Positions 47,887 to 56,493 of a stretch of 64,000 nt of DNA are shown here, piece after piece. How positions within the stretch are numbered: position 1 is the stretch's first letter; each line of letters opens with the position of its first letter. The notes beneath the pieces were generated by a model. That model did no database searches. It was not told where the DNA came from and saw only the letters and a program-made list of their open reading frames with translations. The translations under genes and the position numbers were made by a program. This DNA comes from Verrucomicrobiota bacterium. Its GTDB lineage: Bacteria; Verrucomicrobiota; Verrucomicrobiia; Limisphaerales; Palsa-1400. The DNA lies in the NCBI GenBank assembly GCA_049510745.1, contig JBEKYR010000016.1, positions 1 through 64,000 of the forward strand, in the 5' to 3' direction.

Positions 47887-48351
47887 GTGAATGTTGTATT
47901 GGTCGAGCCGGAAATTCCGCCGAACACCGGGAACATCGCCCGCCTGTGCGCCGCGACCGGCGCGACGCTGCATCTGGTGGAACCCTTCGGCTTTCGACTT
48001 GACGACCGGCAGCTCAAGCGGGCCGGGCTGGACTATTGGCGGCATTTGAACTGGCGGCGCTGGCCGGATTGGCCGGCGTTTCAGAAGCAGCTTCCGTCCG
48101 GCGCGCGCCTGTGGCTGATCGAATCGCACGGGAGGCGGCATTATGCCGAAGTGGAATACCAGGCGGGCGATTTTCTGGTTTTTGGGCGCGAAACGGCCGG
48201 ATTGCCGCGGAAGATAATCGAGCAGTATCCCGGGGCGTGGCTGCGGGTGCCGATGTTTCACCGGGAGGTGCGCTCGTTGAATCTGTCCAACTGCGTGGCA
48301 CTGGTGCTTTACGAAGCATTGCGGCAGCGAGGTTTTGGCGGCGAGATTTGA
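47887..48351 (+). CDS. trmL: tRNA (cytidine(34)-2'-O)-methyltransferase
   Basis: PEIPPNTGNIAR, KRAGLDYW, FGRETAGL, RSLNLSN. Confidence 0.95.
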   Translation: MNVVLVEPEIPPNTGNIARLCAATGATLHLVEPFGFRLDDRQLKRAGLDYWRHLNWRRWPDWPAFQKQLPSGARLWLIESHGRRHYAEVEYQAGDFLVFGRETAGLPRKIIEQYPGAWLRVPMFHREVRSLNLSNCVALVLYEALRQRGFGGEI

Positions 48352-48393
48352 CTCGTCAAGCGCGCGCGCGGAAGGTAGGTTCAGACCAAGGAC

Positions 48394-48468
48394 GGGCGAT
48401 TAGCGCAGTGGTAGCGCAGCAGCTTTACACGCTGTGGGTCGGGGGTTCGAATCCCTCATCGCCCACCA
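48394..48468 (+). tRNA. tRNA-Val (TAC)
   Basis: Acceptor GGGCGAT/ATCGCCC, anticodon loop TTTACAC (TAC 48426-48428), GGTTCGAATCC T-arm, encoded CCA. Confidence 0.97.
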
Positions 48469-48583
48469 TCCAACTGCATCTTCGCGGAATATCTGTCGCA
48501 AAATGATGTGAATTTGGTGAAATGATTTTAACAATGCAATCAGGCGGTTTGACAAAAGGCCACGTTTGGGCCACATTGGGCAC

Positions 48584-48802
48584 ATGAGCGCAATTGCCAA
48601 AAGCCGTATTGACCCCGAACTGAAACGCCAGGCTGAAGCCGTCTTGGAAGAGATCGGACTGAAACCACGGGCCGCATTGGAACTTTTTTACAAACAGATC
48701 ATCAAGCGCCGGGCAATCCCGTTCCCTGTTCAAGCAGACAGCCCGGAAGATGAGGTTTTAAGCCCTGCCACCCGCCGCAATACGCTGGCTGATGAGTTTT
48801 AG
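48584..48802 (+). CDS. RelB/DinJ-family antitoxin
   Basis: SRIDPELKRQAEAVLEEIGL..ALELFYKQI....IPF. Confidence 0.88.
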   Translation: MSAIAKSRIDPELKRQAEAVLEEIGLKPRAALELFYKQIIKRRAIPFPVQADSPEDEVLSPATRRNTLADEF

Positions 48803-48804
48803 GG

Positions 48805-49131
48805 ATGAGAACAGTCCCGCAACCTGGCGAAGTTTGGTTTATTGACCTGGGCATGGTTGGCAAACCGCGTTATGCGCTCGTTCTGGCGGCTCAAACCGAT
48901 GCCCGATTGGCACTGGCCAGCGTGGTTTTGATCACCACACAGTTTGAGGACACGCCTTACGAGGTGACATTGCCCCGCGTGCCGTGGTTGCGGGAGCAAA
49001 GCTACATCAACGTCCAGAGCATCCAGCCGGTGAAGTTCACCGAATTCGTCCGCAAAGCTCCCGGAAAATTTGAGGCTCGCGTGCTGGGCGAAGTGGAAGC
49101 GGCGCTCAAACGCTGGTTGAAGCTCGAATAA
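48805..49131 (+). CDS. PemK/MazF-family toxin
   Basis: PQPGEVWFIDLGMVGKPRYALVL, ITT, SYINVQSIQ. Confidence 0.85.
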   Translation: MRTVPQPGEVWFIDLGMVGKPRYALVLAAQTDARLALASVVLITTQFEDTPYEVTLPRVPWLREQSYINVQSIQPVKFTEFVRKAPGKFEARVLGEVEAALKRWLKLE

Positions 49132-49448
49132 CCCACCAAACCCTGCCGACCGACCCAAAAGTGTCAAATTTGAATTCCGATGCTGAGAGGCTTTTTGGAA
49201 TCTCGGTTTAGATCTGGGACAGAAGCAGGTGGTTTTTCAGGAATTTCATACAACGAGTGAGGGAATTCATTTGTCCCTCTGGATGTATTGAATATAACAT
49301 ACATTGTGCGAAACCGCTAACCGTTTCGCGCCGGGTGATTTACCTCGGAAATGCGAATTGGTCGATGAATCCGGGAGATTGGGTTTTGGCCATCATCTTC
49401 GGAGATTCTTTGTGGACAAAAGAGGGATTTTATGTAGATTGAAAGTAT

Positions 49449-49919
49449 ATGGCAATGGATACCATCGCAAAGAGTCCGGAAATCCAGCATCGAATCGCTG
49501 AATTATCCGGCCAGATCACAGCCGTCCAAGAGGAACTGGAAACCATCATTCGTGGCCCCAAGGGGCTGAAAGTGATTTTGTCCGAGCTGCACGACCCCGC
49601 CAGCGGGCGGGTGGATGCGCAAAAGGTTGCGGTTTATATGGGGGTGCCGCTCAAACGACTTGCCCAAGGTCTGCAACTCAATTACAAGGCTGTTCACCGG
49701 CATCCCTCGGCGGTTTCCTTTCAACCCTCTCTCAGACGGGTGAAGCGATGCCTGGAAATCCTCCAGGAATTCTTCCAAAAACCAGAGACCGTCCGAGCCT
49801 GGCTGAATACGCCGCATCCCGACCTCGACAGCAGCACCGCTCTGGAAGTGATTCTGGCCGGCAATCCCGAAGCCGTTCTGAGAATTCTGGAAAACGCGGC
49901 GGCTGGAGTGCCTGTCTGA
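49449..49919 (+). CDS. Xre/MbcA/ParS-type antitoxin with N-terminal coiled coil
   Basis: DAQKVAVYMGVPLKRLAQGL HTH; AWLNTPHPDL...ALEVI; TGATG overlap with RES gene. Confidence 0.85.
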   Translation: MAMDTIAKSPEIQHRIAELSGQITAVQEELETIIRGPKGLKVILSELHDPASGRVDAQKVAVYMGVPLKRLAQGLQLNYKAVHRHPSAVSFQPSLRRVKRCLEILQEFFQKPETVRAWLNTPHPDLDSSTALEVILAGNPEAVLRILENAAAGVPV

Positions 49920-50521
49920 TGCTCCCCGCCGCCAAACTTGCCGCCGCGCTTGGCGCCACAAAACTCACTTCCGCCCACGGACCATGGTCGCGGGCGGTGG
50001 GCTATCGCCATCTGCTCAGGCCGCCCCCCGGCCTGACCGGGCGGACGCAACCCTTGTGGGGCGGAGCGGCGAGACTCGCCGGCGCCCGCTTCACGCCCAA
50101 GGGCAGTTTTGACTCGATCTATCTTGCCAATGACCCAATCACCGCCTTCATCGAAGTATCCGCATTATTGGTGCTGCCAGGCGGCCCTGTGCCTGTCCGC
50201 TCCACACCTTGGGTGGTGGTAAGTGTCGATGGGATTTTGAACAACCTGCTTGACCTGACGGATGCCGCCACGTTGGCCGCGTTATCAACAACGGAGCAGG
50301 AAATGACCGGCACCTGGGTAAAGGCCCCTGCCCCTCCAACCCAAATGCTGGGCCAGGCAGCGTATGATTCATGCCGGATTACCGGCATTCTGTACCGATC
50401 AGCCAAGAACCCGGACGGATTAAACCTCGTGGCATTCCCCGACCGAATCTCAATCTCGCCTGGAAATTATTTGGAGGTTTATGATCCGCACGGAAACCTG
50501 ACTCAGCGAATCAGCACGTGA
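49919..50521 (+). CDS. RES-domain toxin
   Basis: GARFTPKG, IYLANDPITAFIE, LLDLTD, PTQMLG, GILYRSA, NLVAFPD. Confidence 0.88.
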   Translation: MLPAAKLAAALGATKLTSAHGPWSRAVGYRHLLRPPPGLTGRTQPLWGGAARLAGARFTPKGSFDSIYLANDPITAFIEVSALLVLPGGPVPVRSTPWVVVSVDGILNNLLDLTDAATLAALSTTEQEMTGTWVKAPAPPTQMLGQAAYDSCRITGILYRSAKNPDGLNLVAFPDRISISPGNYLEVYDPHGNLTQRIST

Positions 50522-50579
50522 CTGGACGTGCCTCATCCAACCTGTCCGGCGGATGATGCAATTTCCAGATTAACCTTTA

Positions 50580-50599
50580 TATGGGGTGAACACCCCATA
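50580..50599. promoter_or_regulatory. Perfect palindrome TATGGGGTG-AA-CACCCCATA, probable transcription-factor site
   Basis: 9-2-9 inverted repeat 40 bp upstream of ORF 50640. Confidence 0.55.
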
Positions 50600-50639
50600 G
50601 CGGGGCGCGGCGTTTTTTTGGTAATTATCGCCGCATCGA

Positions 50640-51206
50640 GTGAAACGTATGACGACGATTGAGCTTCCGGAACGAACGGTTCTGTCGGAGGAGTTGGAAA
50701 TTGCCCCGGCCAAATCGGGGTATGCGCTCAATGTTGTGGGGGTTTATCAGGACCCGGTGACCCAAAGCTGGGCCGTGCCAATGTGCCGCCTGGTGACGCA
50801 ACTGGCTGAGGAGGAGCGGGTCCAAAACCGCTGGTACCACGTCACTTCCCTAGGCGATACCAGGATGCTTGTGGATGCCGTTCACGCCGCCCGCGTGGCC
50901 GATGTGATTGTGGTCTCGATCTATGCCGCGGATGAACTGCCGGTTGAGCTTTACGTCTGGTTTGACGCGTGGTTGCCACGCCGGGTCATGCGGATGGGCG
51001 CCCTGACCGCATTGATTGGCGTCGATGGACCGCTGGACCCTCAGGCTGTCCGCACGCATGAGTATCTGTCAGCCGTGGCGCGGAAGGCGCAATTGGATTT
51101 TATCCCGCAAGCGCGCAAGCGGCCCGCCGCATCCCCCGTTTCCGCCCCTGGACATGAACTGGCTTACTGCTGGCCCCAGCCGAAGCGGCTCGAAATGGGC
51201 CAGTAA
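50640..51206 (+). CDS. Hypothetical alpha/beta protein
   Basis: NVVGVYQD..W...ADVIVVS..ELP..W.DAWL..GALTAL; 3' end overlaps the lepB 3' end. Confidence 0.65.
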   Translation: MKRMTTIELPERTVLSEELEIAPAKSGYALNVVGVYQDPVTQSWAVPMCRLVTQLAEEERVQNRWYHVTSLGDTRMLVDAVHAARVADVIVVSIYAADELPVELYVWFDAWLPRRVMRMGALTALIGVDGPLDPQAVRTHEYLSAVARKAQLDFIPQARKRPAASPVSAPGHELAYCWPQPKRLEMGQ

Positions 51207-52357
51207 ACGAAGAAGGACTTTCCAATGACGTTGCGCTGCGGCAACGCTCCCCAAAAGCGCGAGTCCAGGCTGTTGACCGTGTTGTCGCCGAAGACCACGT
51301 AGCCTTCCGGCGGCACTTCGTTGACGCGCGCGTGGATGGTGTCTTCGGGGCTTCGGATGGTGCTGCGCGAGTCAAGCACGTGGCCGCTGTAATGGCTGTC
51401 GCGCGGCACGGTGGCCGGGTCGAAGCCATAGACGTTCTCGAAATGCGGCATGGAAGCGTCCAACCGCCGCCCGTTGACGCGCGCATGGCGGTCTTCGCCG
51501 ATGCTGACGGCGTCGCCGGGCAGGCCGATGAGGCGTTTGATGTAAAACTGGTCCTGGTTCTGCAACCCGGCGATGCCCTTGGTTTTGAAAACGACGATTT
51601 CGCCGCGCTGAGGCTGGCGGAAATTATATGTGACGCGATCCACAAACAGATGGTCGCCGGTGGTTTCCTCGAAGGAAACAATGGGTTCGCCCTTGCGGAA
51701 AGACGTTTGACGGTCAAAGCCCGCCCGGCGGTCGAGATTATCGTCCGGTCCGAGCCAGATGGTGAGCGGGACTTCGCTATCGCGGCCGGCGTATCGGACC
51801 CAGATGGTTTGCATGTTGAAGAAGCGCAGGAAATGGTCCAGCGGGCCGACGCGGACAACCTGTCCGTCTTCCGGGGCGATGACCTGGTGGTAAATGGTTC
51901 CGTCCACCATCGCGGCCCATACTCGGAGCAAGGGATTGGGCATTTTGAAGCCGGGATCGAAGCGCAGGTCTTCGGTCGTCACGCCGTAAAGGGTGGGCTG
52001 CATCGAGCCTGTCGGAATCTTGAACGGTTGCAGGAGAAAGGTGCGAATGCCCATAGCCACGACGATGGCGACGAGGAACACTTCGACGTTTTCGCGCCAT
52101 TCGGCGTTCGGGTAAGGCTTGATCCATTTGTTGGCGGTTTTCTCCAATTCCTCCATTTGCTTTTGCAGCGCCTGCCTGGGCGCGCCGGAGGCGAGGACCG
52201 CGCGGGTCTGGCGCAAGGCGGTTTCCAGCGCCTCGATGGCCTGGGGCGAAAGGATGTCCCGCTGCGCGTTGAGCAGCCGTTGGACGTGTTTGCGCATGTC
52301 GGAGGCGTGCCGGACGGAGGCGGAGAGAAACCAGCGGAAGATCGAATTGAAGTTCAT
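51164..52357 (-). CDS. lepB: Signal peptidase I with N-terminal helical extension
   Basis: FKIPTGSMQPTL, GDHLFVD, YIKRLIGLPG, GDNTVNSLDSRFWG; directly downstream of lepA. Confidence 0.94.
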   Translation of the reverse strand: MNFNSIFRWFLSASVRHASDMRKHVQRLLNAQRDILSPQAIEALETALRQTRAVLASGAPRQALQKQMEELEKTANKWIKPYPNAEWRENVEVFLVAIVVAMGIRTFLLQPFKIPTGSMQPTLYGVTTEDLRFDPGFKMPNPLLRVWAAMVDGTIYHQVIAPEDGQVVRVGPLDHFLRFFNMQTIWVRYAGRDSEVPLTIWLGPDDNLDRRAGFDRQTSFRKGEPIVSFEETTGDHLFVDRVTYNFRQPQRGEIVVFKTKGIAGLQNQDQFYIKRLIGLPGDAVSIGEDRHARVNGRRLDASMPHFENVYGFDPATVPRDSHYSGHVLDSRSTIRSPEDTIHARVNEVPPEGYVVFGDNTVNSLDSRFWGALPQRNVIGKSFFVYWPISSRFGWGQQ

Positions 52358-52362
52358 AGGGG

Positions 52363-54153
52363 TCAGGCTTTGAGCACCTCGATAAAGGCTTCCTGGGGGA
52401 TGTTGACCGAGCCGAAGGATTTCATCCGTTTTTTGCCTTCCTTTTGTTTTTCGAGCAATTTGCGTTTGCGGGTGATGTCGCCGCCGTAACACTTGGCGGT
52501 GACGTCCTTGCGGAGGGCGCTGACGGTTTCGCGGGCGATGACCTTGCCGCCGATGGCGGCCTGGATGGCGACCTGGTATTGCTGGCGGGGAATGACCTCC
52601 TTGAGTTTGGCGGCCAGGGCGCGTCCCCTGCCCTCCGCCTTGGCCCGATGCACAATGCAGGAAAAGGCGTCCACCGACTCGCCGTTGACGAGCATGTCCA
52701 GCTTGACCATGTCCGCGGCCTGGTAGCCGGCGTGTTCGTAATCCATCGAGCCGAAGCCGCGGGTGAGGCTTTTGATGCGGTCATGGAAGTCAATCAAAAT
52801 TTCGCCCAGGGGCATGGTGCTGGTGAGCATGACGCGGCGGGGGTCGAGGGTTTCGGTGTGATCGACCACGCCGCGTTTCTCGGCGATCAGCGCCATCATG
52901 TCGCCGATGTATTCGTTGGGGCAGATGACGAGGGAAAAGACCATCGGCTCCTCGATTTTTTCGATGTAATTCGGCTCGGGCAGGAAGGCCGGGTTGTCCA
53001 CCTCCTTGACGGTGCCGTCGGTCATGACGACGCGGTAAACCACGCTGGGATAGGTGGCGATGATGTCCATGTCGTATTCGCGCCGGAGCCGTTCCTGGAC
53101 AATTTCCAGATGGAGCAACCCCAGGAAGCCGCAGCGGAAGCCGAAGCCCAGGGCGACGGAGCTTTCCGCCTGATAGACGAAGGCGGAATCGTTCAGTTGC
53201 AATTTGGCCAGGTTGGCTTTGAGGTGTTCGTAATCGGCGGTGTTGATGGGATAAAGGCCGCTGAAGACCATCGGATGAAGCTCCTTGAATCCCGGCAGCA
53301 CCGGCGAAGGATTCTTGGAGTCGGTGATGGTGTCGCCCATTTTGACTTCTTTGGGGCTTTTGATATTGGCCGTCATGTAGCCGGTTTCGCCGGTCTCCAG
53401 TTTTTCGCGGACGTAGGGCTTGGGATTGAAGCTGCCGACTTCCTTGACTTCCACCGTCTTGCCCGAGTGGAGCAATTTGACGTGCATGCCGGGGCGCAAT
53501 TCGCCGCTGAAGACGCGGACGTGGGTGACGACGCCCTTGTAGGTGTCAAAATAGGAATCAAACCCCAGGGCCTGGAGGGAGGGCGCGCCGGTCGGCACGG
53601 GCGCCGGGATGCGATGCACGATGGCTTCGAGGATGTCGTCGATGCCGATGCCCTCCTTGGCGCTGGCCAGGATGGCGTTGTCGCCGGGAATGGCCAGGAT
53701 GTCTTCCATCTGGGCTTTGGTCGCCGGGATGTCGGCGTGCGGGAGGTCGATCTTGTTGATGATGGGAATAATGGTGAGGTTTTGTTTGGTGGCCAGGTGA
53801 ACGTTGGCCACGGTTTGCGCTTCAACGCCCTGGGCGGCGTCGATAATGAGCAGCGCCCCTTCGCAGGCGCTCAAACTGCGCGAGACCTCATAGGAAAAAT
53901 CGACGTGTCCGGGGGTGTCGATGAGGTTCAACTCGTAAGTCTCGCCGTTGCGGGCGGTGTAGCGCATGGTGACGGGATGGGCCTTGATGGTGATGCCGCG
54001 TTCGCGTTCGAGGTCCATGGAATCGAGCAATTGCTCCTCCATATCGCGGGTGGCGACGGTGCCGGTGCGGTGGAGGAGACGGTCCGAAAGGGTCGTCTTC
54101 CCATGGTCGATATGGGCGATAATGCTAAAATTTCTGATGTGCGCTGCGTCCAT
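52363..54153 (-). CDS. lepA: Translation elongation factor 4
   Basis: AHIDHGKTTL, DTPGHVDF, NKID, GFLGLLH, KCYGGDITRKRKLLEKQKEGK. Confidence 0.98.
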   Translation of the reverse strand: MDAAHIRNFSIIAHIDHGKTTLSDRLLHRTGTVATRDMEEQLLDSMDLERERGITIKAHPVTMRYTARNGETYELNLIDTPGHVDFSYEVSRSLSACEGALLIIDAAQGVEAQTVANVHLATKQNLTIIPIINKIDLPHADIPATKAQMEDILAIPGDNAILASAKEGIGIDDILEAIVHRIPAPVPTGAPSLQALGFDSYFDTYKGVVTHVRVFSGELRPGMHVKLLHSGKTVEVKEVGSFNPKPYVREKLETGETGYMTANIKSPKEVKMGDTITDSKNPSPVLPGFKELHPMVFSGLYPINTADYEHLKANLAKLQLNDSAFVYQAESSVALGFGFRCGFLGLLHLEIVQERLRREYDMDIIATYPSVVYRVVMTDGTVKEVDNPAFLPEPNYIEKIEEPMVFSLVICPNEYIGDMMALIAEKRGVVDHTETLDPRRVMLTSTMPLGEILIDFHDRIKSLTRGFGSMDYEHAGYQAADMVKLDMLVNGESVDAFSCIVHRAKAEGRGRALAAKLKEVIPRQQYQVAIQAAIGGKVIARETVSALRKDVTAKCYGGDITRKRKLLEKQKEGKKRMKSFGSVNIPQEAFIEVLKA

Positions 54154-54351
54154 GAGCGAATCGCTATCCGGGCAGAATAGGGGCGAAGGGGGCGCGCGAA
54201 AAGGGAATTTTTGGGTTGGGGACGGACAAGGACGGGCGCGCTGGTGGAATGAGTGAAGTTTGAATCAGTGAATTGGTGAAGGAGCGATGGACGGGCAACC
54301 AAAAGAAGCGGCTCGCTCTTGACACCGTTTCGATTACGCTGTGCGGCGAAA

Positions 54352-56490
54352 ATGCGTAATTCAATTCTGTTGCTGTGTGGCTGTGCGGCGTTGCTGGCGG
54401 GTTGCCGCACGGTACCCCCTGCCCCACCGCCGGCGCCTCCGGCCAATTTCACCCTGGCGGAGTTTCAAAGCCAGGCCGCCCAATACAATTCCATCATCAC
54501 CGTTCCCACTTTTGAGACAACGACCAACGCCATCGCCGATTCTGTCAAGACCACGATTTCCAACGCCGAGTCGGGCCTCGACGCGATTGGCCGCCTGAAG
54601 CCCCCCGAGGCGACCTTTCGCAACACCGTCCGCGCCCTGGACGACATCGGGGCCTTGATCGGCGCGACGGAGAACCGCCTTACGGTCATCAAGGAAACCA
54701 GCCTGGACGCGGCGCTGCGCGACGCCGCCACGGACCAGTTGAAGATTGTTGAGGCGTGGGCCGTCGGCCTGGATTATCGGGAGGACGTTTACCGGGCGGT
54801 CAAGGCTTACGCGGACACGCATCCCGAACTGCAAGGGGAGAACGCCAAGCTGCTCAAGGACACGATGCGCGATTATCGCCGGGCCGGACTGGAGCTGCCC
54901 GAAGCGCAACGCGACGAGGTCGAGGGCCTGCGCAAAAAGCTCTCCGCGCTGGCAACCGATTTCGAGCGCAACGTGACCAAGGCCGAGCGCCGCCTGTATT
55001 TCACCAAGGCGGAATTGGAGGGGGTGCCGGAGGATTTTCTCGACCAAAAGGGCGTCAAGAACAGCGACGGCACTTACAGCGTCATGGCCAACATCACCTG
55101 GCATTATCTCACCGTGATGGAAAACGCCCGCAACGAGCAAACGCGCTTGAAAATGGAAACGGCCCGCGAGAACCTGGCCAAGGACGACAACGTTCCCCTG
55201 CTACAGGAGATTCTGGCGACGCGGGACACCATTGCGAAACGGCTCGGCTACAAAAGCTGGGCCGATTACGCGATTGAAATCAAAATGGCGAAGACGGCCG
55301 CGCGCGCCCAGGAGTTCCTGGAAAAATTAAAGGCGGGGCTGCAACCGAAATTCGACGCGGAAACCGCCCAGTTTCGCGCGCTCAAAGCCAGGGAAACCGG
55401 CGATCCCAACGCGCAAATTCACCTGTGGGACTGGCGCTATTTCGCCAACCAACTCAAGAAGGAAAAGTACACGGTGGACGAGGACGCGCTCAAAGTTTAT
55501 TTCCCCTACCAACAGTGCCTGGATGGAATGTTTGCCATTTACCAGAGGATTTTCGGCCTGCACTACCAGCGCGTCACCCCGCCCTACAAGTGGGTGGAGG
55601 ACCTCCAACTTTACGCCGTGTCCGACGCCGCGACGGGCGAGCCGCTGGGCCTGTTCTACCTCGACATGTTTCCGCGCGAAGGCAAATACAACCACTTCGC
55701 CGAATTCGGAATTATTGACGGCAACCTGCGGGAAGACGGAATGTATCAGCGCCCGACGGTGGCGTTGATCTGCAATTTCCCCGCGCCGAAACCGGACCGG
55801 CCGTCGCTCCTCCAGCACGGGGACGTGGTCACGTTGTTCCATGAGTTCGGCCACGCCATGCACGCCATTTTGACCCGCGCCAAGTACGCCCGCTTTTCCG
55901 GCACGAGCGTGCCCGGCGATTTCGTCGAGGCCCCGTCGCAAATGCTGGAGAACTGGCCCTGGGACAAAAAGGTGCTGGACAGCTTCGCGGCGGATTACCG
56001 CGACCGGTCGAAAAAAATCCCGCCGGAAATCCTCGGCCAACTCAAGGCGGCCAAGCTCGCCATTGAAGGCACCTATTACCGCCGGCAACTGGCGTTTGGT
56101 TTGGCCGACATGGCGTTGCACACCCAAATCCATGCCGACAACGCCGGCGAAACCGTTGCGTTAGCGAACAAAACCGCCGGCGAGACGTTTTTCCCCGAGC
56201 CGCCGGACACGGCGTGGGTCGCCTATTTCGGCCATCTGATGGGTTACGACGCGGGCTATTATGGATACGCCTGGGCCGACGCGATTGCGGCGGACATGGC
56301 GACGGTTTTCGAGAAGGCGCACGACGGATTTTTTGACGAACGGGCCGGAGGCCGATTGCGGCGGGAGATTTACGAGAGGGGCGATTCGCGCGACATTGAG
56401 ATTTCGATTGAAAAATTCCTCGGCCGCAAGGAATCGGTCAAGCCGTTCCTGAAAAAGATCGGCATGAACCCCGAGGCCGCCGCCAAGTAG
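54352..56490 (+). CDS. M3-family (thimet oligopeptidase-like) metallopeptidase, lipoprotein
   Basis: Lipobox LLAGC; FHEFGHAMH, DFVEAPSQMLE, FGHL.GY.AGYYGY. Confidence 0.93.
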   Translation: MRNSILLLCGCAALLAGCRTVPPAPPPAPPANFTLAEFQSQAAQYNSIITVPTFETTTNAIADSVKTTISNAESGLDAIGRLKPPEATFRNTVRALDDIGALIGATENRLTVIKETSLDAALRDAATDQLKIVEAWAVGLDYREDVYRAVKAYADTHPELQGENAKLLKDTMRDYRRAGLELPEAQRDEVEGLRKKLSALATDFERNVTKAERRLYFTKAELEGVPEDFLDQKGVKNSDGTYSVMANITWHYLTVMENARNEQTRLKMETARENLAKDDNVPLLQEILATRDTIAKRLGYKSWADYAIEIKMAKTAARAQEFLEKLKAGLQPKFDAETAQFRALKARETGDPNAQIHLWDWRYFANQLKKEKYTVDEDALKVYFPYQQCLDGMFAIYQRIFGLHYQRVTPPYKWVEDLQLYAVSDAATGEPLGLFYLDMFPREGKYNHFAEFGIIDGNLREDGMYQRPTVALICNFPAPKPDRPSLLQHGDVVTLFHEFGHAMHAILTRAKYARFSGTSVPGDFVEAPSQMLENWPWDKKVLDSFAADYRDRSKKIPPEILGQLKAAKLAIEGTYYRRQLAFGLADMALHTQIHADNAGETVALANKTAGETFFPEPPDTAWVAYFGHLMGYDAGYYGYAWADAIAADMATVFEKAHDGFFDERAGGRLRREIYERGDSRDIEISIEKFLGRKESVKPFLKKIGMNPEAAAK

Positions 56491-56493
56491 TTG

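Noticed and set aside
49257..49501. Small ORFs and short inverted repeats between the two TA operons
   Set aside because: No family signal; probably decayed island DNA and promoter sequence.
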